NCBI GenBank assembly: GCA_965224045.1
Contig: CBDCYD010000016.1
Coordinates: 980,017 to 1,044,016, forward strand
Length of the DNA: 64,000 nt
From: Hyphomicrobiaceae bacterium
Lineage (GTDB): Bacteria > Pseudomonadota > Alphaproteobacteria > Rhizobiales > Hyphomicrobiaceae
Direction of reading: 5' to 3'
The position numbers and the translations under genes were made by a program. Below, in pieces: positions 1-9,548 of the stretch. A model generated the notes under the pieces. It saw only the letters and a list, made by a program, of their open reading frames with translations, did no database searches and was not told where the DNA came from. Numbering within the stretch: position 1 is the stretch's first letter; each line of letters opens with the position of its first letter.

Positions 1-2499
1 GACGAGCATGTCGATGCGATCTTCGCGCGGCCGAGCATTTCGGTGAAGCTTTCTGCGATCCATGCGCGGTTTGAACCGGGCAAGGACGCGCAGCTGCGGG
101 CCGAACTGCTGCCGCGTTTGGTCGAATTGGCGGGCGAGGCGCGTGCGCAGGGTCTCGGTCTGACGATCGATGCGGAGGAGCAGGACCGGCTCGATCTGAC
201 GCTCGGCTTGTTCGGTGAACTGTTTCTGTCGCCGGAGCTGCGTGGCTGGAACGGGCTCGGGCTGGCCGTGCAGGCCTATAGTAAGCGCGCCATTCCGGTG
301 TTGCGGTGGCTGCGGTTGCTGGCGCATCAGGGTGAGCGGCGGATTCCCGTACGCCTTGTCAAAGGGGCGTATTGGGACAGCGAAATCAAATGGGCACAGA
401 AGGACGGGCTGGCCGACTATCCCGTATTCACGCGCAAGCTGCACACGGATGTGTCCTATCTTGCCGCCGTGCGCCTGTTGTTGTCGGACCGCGGCGCGTT
501 TTATCCGCAGTTCGCCACGCACAATGCCCACACGCTGGCCACGGTTGCCGTCGCCGGTGGCGAGGCTGACTATGAATTCCAGCGCCTGCACGGCATGGGG
601 GACGTGCTATACGACCAGGTTCTGGAGGACGCGGCGATCGGCCGGACGTGCAGGATCTATGCGCCTGTGGGCGGCCATGAAGATCTGCTCGCCTATCTGG
701 TGCGGCGCCTGCTCGAGAACGGTGCAAACACGTCGTTCGTGAACCGGCTTGCCGATGACGAACTACCGATCCGCGAGATTATTGCCGATCCCGTCAAGAT
801 CGCCGAGGACGAACGCCAAAGCGGAGGCGGCACGCCGAGCCGGGCGATCGCAAGGCCGCCAGAGATGTTTGCGCCCGAGCGGCGCAATAGCCTCGGTTTG
901 GCGCTCAGCGAACCATCGGTGCGTGATGCGCTGCTCGATGACATGGGGGCGGCGCTGCGCAACGATTTCGAGGCCGCCCCGATCGTCGGCGGTGCCGTGC
1001 TGGCCCGGCCTGATGTGGGCGACTTCGCGCTCTGCCCGCACGACCGGCGCCAGCGGATGGGCCGGGTGGTCACCGCATCCGACGACGACGTGGAGACGGC
1101 AATCGGGGCGGCGGCCGGCGCCGCGCGATCGTGGAACCAACTTGGCGGTGCGGCACGTGCGGAACTCTTGGAAAAGACCGCGGATCTCTACGAGCGGCAC
1201 CGCGCACGGTTGATGGCGGTGATCGTGCGTGAGGCCGGCAAGACGCTGGGCAATGCTTTGGGTGACGTGCGCGAGGCGGTTGATTTCCTGCGCTATTATG
1301 CCGGTGAAGCGCGGCGGTTGTTCGGCCGGCCTGAGATGCTGTCCGGGCCGACCGGCGAGACCAACGCACTGTCGTTGCAGGGCCGAGGGCCGTTTGCATG
1401 CATCTCGCCTTGGAACTTCCCGCTGGCGATATTCACCGGTCAGATCGCGGGGGCCTTGGCGGCGGGTAACCCGGTGCTGGCCAAGCCGGCCGAACAGACG
1501 CCGTTGACGGCGTTTGCCGCGGTGCAGTTGTTCCACGAGGCCGGTGTGCCGGGCGATGTCCTGCACTTGCTTCCCGGTGACGGCATGATTGGCGCACGGC
1601 TGGTCGAAGATCACCGGGTGCGCGGCGTTGCCTTTACGGGATCGAACGCGACGGCATGGGCAATCCAACGGGCGCTTGCAGAGCGGCGCGGCGAGATCGT
1701 GCCGTTCATTGCCGAGACCGGCGGCATCAACGCGATGATCGTCGATTCAACGGCGTTGCCGGAACAGGTCACGCGGGATGTCGTGATGTCGGCGTTCGAT
1801 TCGGCAGGTCAGCGGTGTTCGGCAGCCCGTGTGATGTTCGTGCAGGACGATGCCGCGGATCGCATGATCGACATGCTCGTCGGGGCAACGGAGCTGCTCA
1901 GGATGGGCGATCCGATCGATTATGGCACCGACGTCGGTCCGGTGATTGACGAAGCGGCGCAGGACAGTTTGGAAGCGCACAAGGCACGGATGTATCGTTC
2001 CGCAAAAACGCTGGCCGATTGCAAGGTGCCGGAAGACTGCCGGTTCGGGACGTTCGTTGCACCGGCGGTTTTCGAAATCGGTGTGCTTGGCGATCTCGAG
2101 CACGAGGTGTTTGGGCCGATCCTGCACGTGATCCGTTACGAGCAAGGTCATCTCGACCGCGTGTGCGAAGCCATCAATGCGTCGGGTTTCGGGCTCACGC
2201 TTGGTATTCATACGCGCATCGAGCGTGTCGCGGCCGAGATCGTGGCGCGCACAGACGTCGGCAACGTCTATGTCAATCGCGATCAGATCGGGGCAGTGGT
2301 CGGCGTGCAACCGTTCGGTGGGCGGGGCCTGTCGGGAACGGGTCCGAAAGCCGGCGGGCCGCACTACGTGGCACACTTCGCGACGGAGCGCGTGGTGACG
2401 ACAGATATCACGGCAACAGGAGGCAACATCCAGTTGCTGAGCCTCGGCGAGCAATCGGTTGCGCGGGGCGCAGAGGACATCGAGGAAGCAACGCAGTAG
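1..2499 (+). CDS. putA: Bifunctional proline dehydrogenase / 1-pyrroline-5-carboxylate dehydrogenase PutA, C-terminal part (5' end lies outside the window)
   Basis: Frame 1 is open from base 1. The product has the proline dehydrogenase TIM-barrel end (VKGAYWD, NAHT, ENGANTSFV) followed by an aldehyde dehydrogenase domain (FTGS, ETGGINA, SAFDSAGQRCSA, PFGGRGLSGTGPKAGGP). Confidence 0.9.
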   Translation, partial: DEHVDAIFARPSISVKLSAIHARFEPGKDAQLRAELLPRLVELAGEARAQGLGLTIDAEEQDRLDLTLGLFGELFLSPELRGWNGLGLAVQAYSKRAIPVLRWLRLLAHQGERRIPVRLVKGAYWDSEIKWAQKDGLADYPVFTRKLHTDVSYLAAVRLLLSDRGAFYPQFATHNAHTLATVAVAGGEADYEFQRLHGMGDVLYDQVLEDAAIGRTCRIYAPVGGHEDLLAYLVRRLLENGANTSFVNRLADDELPIREIIADPVKIAEDERQSGGGTPSRAIARPPEMFAPERRNSLGLALSEPSVRDALLDDMGAALRNDFEAAPIVGGAVLARPDVGDFALCPHDRRQRMGRVVTASDDDVETAIGAAAGAARSWNQLGGAARAELLEKTADLYERHRARLMAVIVREAGKTLGNALGDVREAVDFLRYYAGEARRLFGRPEMLSGPTGETNALSLQGRGPFACISPWNFPLAIFTGQIAGALAAGNPVLAKPAEQTPLTAFAAVQLFHEAGVPGDVLHLLPGDGMIGARLVEDHRVRGVAFTGSNATAWAIQRALAERRGEIVPFIAETGGINAMIVDSTALPEQVTRDVVMSAFDSAGQRCSAARVMFVQDDAADRMIDMLVGATELLRMGDPIDYGTDVGPVIDEAAQDSLEAHKARMYRSAKTLADCKVPEDCRFGTFVAPAVFEIGVLGDLEHEVFGPILHVIRYEQGHLDRVCEAINASGFGLTLGIHTRIERVAAEIVARTDVGNVYVNRDQIGAVVGVQPFGGRGLSGTGPKAGGPHYVAHFATERVVTTDITATGGNIQLLSLGEQSVARGAEDIEEATQ

Positions 2500-2508
2500 A
2501 GTCCGGTC

Positions 2509-3300
2509 ATGAGTGAAAAACACGACAGCCGCGGTGGTGCGGACAAGGTCGCCGGAAAGCACGCACGTACAGAGCCGACGGCAGGTGTGCCTGCCGGCCG
2601 GACATCCAAGGGCGACGTGCAAGCAACCGAGCAGGGTGACGTTGCGTCATTCATCGCCAAGATGAAAGCGGTTGCGCCGGTTGCCGGGACCGGGCGCGGA
2701 CGGCTGATTTTTGCGATGGATGCGACGATGAGCCGGCAGCCGACGTGGGACATGGCGCTGGCGCATCAGGCCGAGATGTTCGGTGCCGTCGAGGAGGTTG
2801 GTGGTCTCGACGTGCAGTTGATCTATTTTCGCGGCGCCGGGGAGTGCAGGGCCTCCAAGTGGGTGTCGGACCCGCAGGCGCTGGCGCGGCTCATGACGAC
2901 GGTGCATTGTGCCGGCGGTCTGACGCAGATTGGCAAAGTCCTGCGCCATGCCCGCAATGAGACGGAAGAACAGCGCGTCAATGCGTTGGTCTATGTCGGG
3001 GACTGCATGGAGGAGGATATCGATCAGGTGTGCGGCCGCGCAGGTGAGCTGGCGCTCAACGGCCTGCCGGTGTTTGTCTTCCAGGAAGGCCGTGATGCGC
3101 AGGCGGAACGGGCGTTTCGCGAGATCGCGCGGTTGACGAAGGGGGCCTACTGCCGGTTCGATCAGGGGGCGGGCGATCAACTTCGTCAGTTGCTCGCGGC
3201 CGTGGCCGTTTATGCCTCCGGCGGACGGGCGGCGCTCGAGGATTTCAGCCGCGGCGGCGGCGGACGCGGGGCGCGGCTGCTGATCGAACAAATGAAATAG
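2509..3300 (+). CDS. VWA (von Willebrand factor A) domain protein with no signal peptide
   Basis: 263-aa ORF starting 10 nt after the putA stop. It has a MIDAS-like DATMS motif (LIFAMDATMSRQ) and a beta-alpha-beta pattern typical of VWA folds (LVYVGDCMEED). Confidence 0.65.
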   Translation: MSEKHDSRGGADKVAGKHARTEPTAGVPAGRTSKGDVQATEQGDVASFIAKMKAVAPVAGTGRGRLIFAMDATMSRQPTWDMALAHQAEMFGAVEEVGGLDVQLIYFRGAGECRASKWVSDPQALARLMTTVHCAGGLTQIGKVLRHARNETEEQRVNALVYVGDCMEEDIDQVCGRAGELALNGLPVFVFQEGRDAQAERAFREIARLTKGAYCRFDQGAGDQLRQLLAAVAVYASGGRAALEDFSRGGGGRGARLLIEQMK

Positions 3301-3312
3301 GTCGGGCCGGCG

Positions 3313-3999
3313 ATGCGCGTCACCTTCCTGGTGATCGGAGCAATTCTGTTTGCGGTGCTGGGCGTGGTCTGGTTTCTCAGAACGCCGCCAGGCCGCATGG
3401 CGCGGCAGTTGCGCATTGTCGGTGGGATCATCCTTGGTCTCCTTGCTTTGTTCTTCATCACGCGCGGTGCGATCAGCTATGCCCTGCCGCTTGCGACGTT
3501 GGCGCTGTGGTTATTTCTGCGCCAGTCCGGCGGCGGTCCTTCGGCGCCGTCCGATGGCCAGATGTCGCGCGTGCGGACCGCGCATCTCGAGATGGAACTC
3601 GACCACGAGACCGGCACGATGCGCGGTACGGTTCTCAAAGGCGTATTCGAGGGGCGCGCCGTCGAGCGTATGGCGCCGGCTGAGCTGGCGCTGCTCTGGC
3701 AGGACTGCCGCTTCGAAGACCCGCAATCAGCGCAGTTGCTCGAAGCCTACCTCGACCGCGTCCATCCGACTTGGCGGGAGGACATGGCAAAGGCGGAGTC
3801 GGAAGCCGGGGCCGGCGGAAAAATGACGATCGAAGAGGCCTACGAGATCCTCGGGCTGACACCGAAGGCGAGCGCCGAGGACATTCGCAAGGCGCATCGC
3901 GACCTGATGAAGAAACTGCACCCTGACCGCGGCGGATCGAGCTACCTGGCGGCGAAGATCAACGAAGCCAAGGAACTGCTCTTGAACAGGATGCCTTAA
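3313..3999 (+). CDS. Membrane-anchored J-domain protein (DjlA-like topology)
   Basis: Three N-terminal hydrophobic segments and a C-terminal J domain with the HPD motif (EAYEILGL...KAHRDLMKKLHPDRGG). It starts 12 nt after the VWA gene stop. Confidence 0.75.
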   Translation: MRVTFLVIGAILFAVLGVVWFLRTPPGRMARQLRIVGGIILGLLALFFITRGAISYALPLATLALWLFLRQSGGGPSAPSDGQMSRVRTAHLEMELDHETGTMRGTVLKGVFEGRAVERMAPAELALLWQDCRFEDPQSAQLLEAYLDRVHPTWREDMAKAESEAGAGGKMTIEEAYEILGLTPKASAEDIRKAHRDLMKKLHPDRGGSSYLAAKINEAKELLLNRMP

Positions 4000-4145
4000 A
4001 GCGCGTCGCAAGAATGCGCCTCGCTTTGGGTTTGATTGCCTCACGCCGCTATTCGCGCTGCGCGCGGCGGCTCCGGCGGGGCGGCCATTCGGCCGGGTCG
4101 CGTTGCTCCCTTATGGGTCAATCCGTCTTGCTGCGACATGCCTTA
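3993..4145. repeat. About 155-bp MITE-like repeat, copy A, bounded by GCCTTA direct repeats with imperfect terminal inverted repeats
   Basis: About 95% identical over roughly 150 bp to 63797-63953. The ends AAAGCGCGTCGCA and TGCGACATGCCTT are imperfect inverted repeats. It overlaps the TAA stop of the J-domain gene. Confidence 0.8.
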
Positions 4146-4379
4146 GCGTGCCGACGACAAACGGCAGCAAATGCCGATGCAAAAATGTGTTCGCGATAGG
4201 TGGATGCGCTTCAAGGCCGCAACGCGGCCCGCCGCACCAGTACACAGATGTTTCCCGAATGCGCGATTGATCGGGCCCATCGAAAACATGCGGCGGCGTG
4301 CGGGCGCAGGCCGGGGGCAGCGAGCAATAGCCGTGAGCGACATCGGCGGGATCATCACTCAATGCCGATCGAACATGAT

Positions 4380-5720
4380 TTAGTTCTGCCGCGCGACAAA
4401 ACACTCGATGCCGATACGCTGCATGGCTTTGCACGTGGCGTTGGCCGTGTCGGCGGCGAACCCCGTGTAGCGGGCGCGGAACACTTCGCGGTTGCGCGAG
4501 ACCGCCCGGATGGCCACGGGACGGGCTCCGGCCAGCAACGGACCGGCTTTGGCCTTGACGCGTTGCAACTGGTTTTGCGCTTCGGCGATCGACAGATAGG
4601 CGCCGACCTGGATTTGCGTATTGCCACCGGCTGCAGCAAGGCTGGCCTGGCGGTGGGGGGCTTGTGCGATCCTGCCGGGCGTGCGGCCTGCGAGCTGCAC
4701 GGCCTGGGTCTGCAATGTGCCGGGGCGTTGGACGTTACGCGCTGCGGGACGTGCCAGCTTTCGCTTGGGAACGCGGACGCGCGGCTGCCAGCCGGTGGAG
4801 GCCGCGATTTGCCTCGGTGCCCGAACAAGGTGCGGGCGCTTGCGCGCTGCGACGCGCACATGCGGCGTGCGGCTGCGGGTCTGCGATGCCAGCGGCATGA
4901 ACCTCTGCAACAGTCGGCGCATGGTTGCGTTGCGCTTGCGCGCGGTCTTGCCTCCCATCACCACCGCAACGACGTTCCTGCCGGATTGGCGTAGCGACGT
5001 GACGAGGTTGAAACCCGATGCGCGCGTGTATCCGGTCTTGATGCCGTCGACGCCGCGGTAGCGACCAAGCAAAGTATTGTGGTTGCGGTAGCGCCGGCCC
5101 TTATAGTGGAAAACGCGGGTTCGGAAATTGCCGAAGTGGTTCGGAAAGTGGTCGCGCAGGCGCAAGGCGAGTTGCGCCATGTCGCGGGCCGTTGTCACTT
5201 GGGCGGGATCGGGCAGGCCTGAGGCATTTCGAAACACCGTGTTACGCATTCCCAACTGACGGGCCTTGCGCGTCATCAGGCGGGCGAATGCCGGTTCACT
5301 GCCTGCGATATGTTCAGCTATCGCTGTGGCAACATCGTTCGCGGACTTGGTTACCAGGGCATGTACGGCCTGGCGCACGGTAATGCGATCGCCGGGCTTG
5401 AGGCCGATCCGGGACGGTGGCTGGCCGGCAGCTCGTGGCGTCGCCGTGATCTTGGAGTGGTATGTCAGGCGGCCATCTTCAATGCGCTCGAACACAAGGT
5501 AGAGCGTCATCATCTTGGTGAGCGATGCAGGATACCGCAGATCCGTCGCCTTGTCGGCGTGGAGGACAGCGCCCGTGTTCGCATCGACGACGAACGAGGC
5601 TTGGCGGCCCTTGACCGCGGCCTGGGCAGTTGGCGTTGCGGCCGCGCCTAGCAGCAGGCTCGCGATGGCGAGCGCGTGCAATGCAGCCTTGCGGATTCCC
5701 TCATGCATGGTGTCATGCAA
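4380..5720 (-). CDS. Serine-type D-Ala-D-Ala carboxypeptidase (PBP5/6 family) with a C-terminal SPOR domain
   Basis: Signal peptide, SxxK motif (ASLTKMMT), KTG motif (GIKTGYT), and a C-terminal SPOR-like segment (IQVGAYLSIAEAQNQLQRVKAKA...FRARYTGF). Confidence 0.8.
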   Translation of the reverse strand: MHDTMHEGIRKAALHALAIASLLLGAAATPTAQAAVKGRQASFVVDANTGAVLHADKATDLRYPASLTKMMTLYLVFERIEDGRLTYHSKITATPRAAGQPPSRIGLKPGDRITVRQAVHALVTKSANDVATAIAEHIAGSEPAFARLMTRKARQLGMRNTVFRNASGLPDPAQVTTARDMAQLALRLRDHFPNHFGNFRTRVFHYKGRRYRNHNTLLGRYRGVDGIKTGYTRASGFNLVTSLRQSGRNVVAVVMGGKTARKRNATMRRLLQRFMPLASQTRSRTPHVRVAARKRPHLVRAPRQIAASTGWQPRVRVPKRKLARPAARNVQRPGTLQTQAVQLAGRTPGRIAQAPHRQASLAAAGGNTQIQVGAYLSIAEAQNQLQRVKAKAGPLLAGARPVAIRAVSRNREVFRARYTGFAADTANATCKAMQRIGIECFVARQN

Positions 5721-6493
5721 TCCCGATCACGTGACCCGAGCGGGTCGAATGAAGTAGCCGTCGACGGTGATGTCCGGCCAGCGGAGCCCCCCGTCGACCG
5801 TTCGAGACCCTACTGAGCAAGCCAATCCGGCGCATTTGCGGCGGCAAGAGACTGCGTCTGGATTGGTGATCAATTTACTGCGCGCCAGTTAGACCTCGGT
5901 GAATATCCTCCCTAAAATGCGACCGATCGATGTTGTCTGCAGATTGCTTCAGCAGAAATCGGTGCAATCCGGGTCTCGGTGCAGCGGCAACGATCCAGTC
6001 TCACATGTGTGTGATATCGGATTCGCGGCCACACGAGGTGCGCCAAAAAGGAAAGTGATCGGTGCGAGCGCGATAAACGCCGACAATCGCAATCTCCAGC
6101 GGGCTGATTGTCGGGCTTGCCTTAGGATTGCGATATTTGTGCTCTGCACTGGACGTTCGGGCGGCGATACCCCATTTCAACGCCATAATGATAACGTTTG
6201 TGCGTGGCCCTTGGCGACACAGGCGGTGACGCTGCGGGCCGACGACCATGATCGATTGGCAAGTGGTGGTGTTCGGCGCGACGTTGATTTGCTAGATTGG
6301 TTGGCGAGGGGATTGCGTGACGTTGAGGCATGATATCTGATTGTGGTTCGGTTTTCGGGGCCCGGCAGCCTGCGGTATGTGCCGTCGTTTCCGTGCAGGA
6401 CGTGTGGATCAGGACTGGTCGCGACAGGGTCGTGAGGCCGAAAGTCAGGGAATGAGCACCAGGGTAATGATTGGAGATCGCGATACGCGCGTG

Positions 6494-6832
6494 ATGATGG
6501 CGAATGAGAACGGTCCGGGCGGTGATGACGACAGCGAAAGCCGGACAGGGATCGTTACCAAGACGCGTCCGAAGACAAAGAAGCCGAGCCTGTACAAGGT
6601 TCTGCTGCTGAACGACGACTATACGCCGATGGAGTTCGTTGTTCACGTTCTTGAGAAATACTTCAACAAGGGGCGCGAAGATGCGACCCGCATCATGTTA
6701 CAAGTGCACCAACAAGGCGTGGGCATTTGTGGCGTCTACACCTATGAGGTTGCGGAGACGAAGGTCACGCAGGTCATCGACTTCTCCCGTCAACACGGGC
6801 ATCCACTGCAATGCACAATGGAGAAAGAGTAA
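6494..6832 (+). CDS. clpS: ATP-dependent Clp protease adaptor ClpS
   Basis: [21 protein letters not shown]...[19 protein letters not shown] is a typical ClpS core, and the gene lies immediately upstream of clpA. The start is ambiguous (ATG at 6452, 6494 or 6497). Confidence 0.88.
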   Translation: MMANENGPGGDDDSESRTGIVTKTRPKTKKPSLYKVLLLNDDYTPMEFVVHVLEKYFNKGREDATRIMLQVHQQGVGICGVYTYEVAETKVTQVIDFSRQHGHPLQCTMEKE

Positions 6833-6838
6833 GCCGCC

Positions 6839-9301
6839 GTGCCATCATTTTCCCAAAGCCTCGAGAACACGTTGCATCGCGCGCTGGAGTTCGCCAACGA
6901 GCGGAGCCATGAATATGCAACGCTGGAACACCTGCTGCTCGCGCTGATCGATGACCGAGACGCGCTTGGCGTGCTCAAGGCATGCGCGGTCGACATCGAC
7001 ATGCTGCGCCAACGCCTCACCGACTACGTCAATACGGAATTCACCGATCTCGAAGTCGACGGCGTTTCGGAAGCAACGCCGACGACCGGTGTGCAACGGG
7101 TCATCCATCGTGCCGTGGTGCACGTGCAGTCATCGGGGCGCGAAGAGGTGACCGGCGCTAACGTTCTGGTTGCGATCTTTGCCGAGCGCGAGAGCCATGC
7201 CGCGTTCTTCCTGCAGGAGCAGGACATGACCCGTTTCGATGCCGTGCAGTACATCAGTCACGGCATCGCCAAGCGGCCGGGCATGTCGGAGCCGCGCCGC
7301 GTGCGCGGTGCGGACGAAGACGCCGGCGATGAAGAGGGTGGCGACAAGAAGGCTGCGGACGCGCTCAACACCTACTGCGTCGATCTCAACAAGAAGGCGC
7401 GGGATGGCAAGATCGATCCGCTGATCGGACGCGAGCATGAAGTGCTGCGCACGATCCAGGTGCTATGCCGGCGTCAGAAGAACAACCCGCTGCTGGTTGG
7501 CGATCCGGGCGTCGGCAAGACCGCGATCGCGGAAGGCCTGGCACGCAAGATCATCAAGGATGAAGTGCCGGAAGTGTTGCGCGATGCCACGATCTTCGCG
7601 CTCGACATGGGTGCGCTTCTTGCCGGCACGCGCTATCGCGGTGATTTCGAAGAGCGGCTCAAGGCGGTGATGAAGGAGGTCGAGAATTTCGAAGGCGCGA
7701 TCCTGTTCATCGACGAGATCCATACGGTGATCGGTGCCGGTGCGACGTCGGGCGGCGCGATGGACGCCTCAAACCTGCTGAAGCCGGCGCTGCAGTCCGG
7801 CACCGTGCGCTGCATCGGCTCGACGACGTACAAGGAGTACCGCCAGCACTTCGAGAAGGACCGCGCGCTGGTGCGTCGTTTCCAAAAAATCGATGTCAAC
7901 GAACCGACCGTCGACGATGCGATCGAGATCCTCAAAGGCCTCAAGCCCTATTTCGAGGACTACCACAAGCTCAAGTATTCCAACGATGCGATCAAGGCGG
8001 CGGTGGAACTCTCGGCCAAGTACATCAACGACCGTAAGCTGCCGGACAAGGCGATCGACGTGATCGATGAGACCGGCGCCTCGCAAATGCTGGTCGAAGA
8101 GGGCAAGCGCAAGAAGCGCATTTCGGTCAAAGAAGTGGAAGCCACGGTTGCCACGATGGCACGGATCCCGCCGAAGACGGTGACCAAGTCCGATGCCGAA
8201 CTGCTTTCCAACCTCGAGCGTGACATGAAGCGGCTGGTGTTCGGCCAGGAAAAAGCCATCGAGATGGTGGCGTCCGCGATCAAGCTCTCACGGGCGGGCC
8301 TGCGCGAGCCGGAAAAGCCGATCGGCTGCTATCTCTTCACCGGTCCGACCGGTGTCGGCAAGACCGAGGTCGCCAAACAGCTCGCCGCGCTGATGGGTGT
8401 CGAGCTGCTGCGGTTCGACATGTCGGAGTACATGGAAAAGCACACCGTCTCGCGGCTCATTGGTGCACCTCCGGGTTACGTCGGTTTCGACCAGGGCGGG
8501 CTCTTGACGGATGGCGTCGACCAGCATCCGCACTCGGTGGTGTTGCTGGATGAGATCGAGAAGGCGCACCCGGATCTGTTCAATATCCTGTTGCAGATCA
8601 TGGACCACGGCAAGCTGACCGATCACAATGGCAAGCAGATCGACTTCCGCAATGTCGTCTTGATCATGACGTCGAACGCCGGGGCTTCCGACATGGCGCG
8701 GCCGCCGATGGGCTTCAATCGCGACCGCCGCGAGGGCGAGGACACCGAGGCCGTGAACCGCATGTTTACACCGGAGTTCCGCAACCGCCTTGATGCGATC
8801 GTTCCGTTCTCGAGCCTGCCGACCGAGATCATCCAGAAGGTGGTCGAAAAATTCATCTTCCAGCTCGAGGCGCAGCTTGCCGACCGCAGCGTGACGATCG
8901 AATTGACCGACGAAGCGTCGAAGTGGATCGTCGAAAGGGGTTACGACGAGAAATACGGCGCCCGTCCGATGGCACGCGTGATCCAAGAGTACATCAAGAA
9001 GCCGCTCGCCGAAGAGCTGTTGTTCGGCAAGCTGGAACATGGTGGCGCGGTCAAGGTCGTCGTCGAAAAGGATGGCATGGAAAGCAAGATCGGGTTCGAG
9101 CTTTTTCCAGCCACGCCGAAATCGAAGTCGCGATCCGATGATGATGACGATGAGGGCGATGACAATGACGGCGAAAAGGCCCTGATCGAGGCGACGCCGC
9201 GCAAAGCGCTGCCGAGCCCGAAGGAAAAGAAATCACGGTCGTCGTCCAGTAAGACGTCCGGCACCGTGCCATCGGTGCCGCCGAAGAAAGGCAAGGACTA
9301 G
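6839..9301 (+). CDS. clpA: ATP-dependent Clp protease ATP-binding subunit ClpA
   Basis: GTG start. Clp N domain and two AAA+ modules ([26 protein letters not shown]) with a ClpA-type linker. It also has an unusual acidic/serine/lysine-rich C-terminal tail. Confidence 0.95.
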   Translation: MPSFSQSLENTLHRALEFANERSHEYATLEHLLLALIDDRDALGVLKACAVDIDMLRQRLTDYVNTEFTDLEVDGVSEATPTTGVQRVIHRAVVHVQSSGREEVTGANVLVAIFAERESHAAFFLQEQDMTRFDAVQYISHGIAKRPGMSEPRRVRGADEDAGDEEGGDKKAADALNTYCVDLNKKARDGKIDPLIGREHEVLRTIQVLCRRQKNNPLLVGDPGVGKTAIAEGLARKIIKDEVPEVLRDATIFALDMGALLAGTRYRGDFEERLKAVMKEVENFEGAILFIDEIHTVIGAGATSGGAMDASNLLKPALQSGTVRCIGSTTYKEYRQHFEKDRALVRRFQKIDVNEPTVDDAIEILKGLKPYFEDYHKLKYSNDAIKAAVELSAKYINDRKLPDKAIDVIDETGASQMLVEEGKRKKRISVKEVEATVATMARIPPKTVTKSDAELLSNLERDMKRLVFGQEKAIEMVASAIKLSRAGLREPEKPIGCYLFTGPTGVGKTEVAKQLAALMGVELLRFDMSEYMEKHTVSRLIGAPPGYVGFDQGGLLTDGVDQHPHSVVLLDEIEKAHPDLFNILLQIMDHGKLTDHNGKQIDFRNVVLIMTSNAGASDMARPPMGFNRDRREGEDTEAVNRMFTPEFRNRLDAIVPFSSLPTEIIQKVVEKFIFQLEAQLADRSVTIELTDEASKWIVERGYDEKYGARPMARVIQEYIKKPLAEELLFGKLEHGGAVKVVVEKDGMESKIGFELFPATPKSKSRSDDDDDEGDDNDGEKALIEATPRKALPSPKEKKSRSSSSKTSGTVPSVPPKKGKD

Positions 9302-9375
9302 ATTTCAATTCGGTGGTCTGCGGCCTGGCACAAAATGCCGGTGCGCGGTATGCGACCATCGCCGCACCCTGGACG

Positions 9376-9409
9376 GGCCGAGGCTTTTCAGCTTCGGCCT
9401 TTCTTTTTT
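9376..9409 (+). terminator. Rho-independent terminator downstream of clpA
   Basis: GGCCGAGGC-TTTTCA-GCTTCGGCC forms a 9-bp stem with one G-U pair and is followed by TTTCTTTTTTG. Confidence 0.6.
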
Positions 9410-9548
9410 GGTTTGTTGCCGGATTGTGTGGCCGGCTGTTTCGCCAGCTTGTCCGTGGCAGTCCGGTTGCTCAGCTGTGGAAACATTGTGGCAAGGTGTT
9501 TGCGCTATAGGTTTGAACGTTGACGGGCAGACGCTGCGGAGTGGCGCG

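Noticed and set aside
5899-6333. 144-aa ORF upstream of clpS
   Set aside because: It has a Cys/Arg-rich non-protein-like sequence in a low-GC tract, with no RBS or motif.
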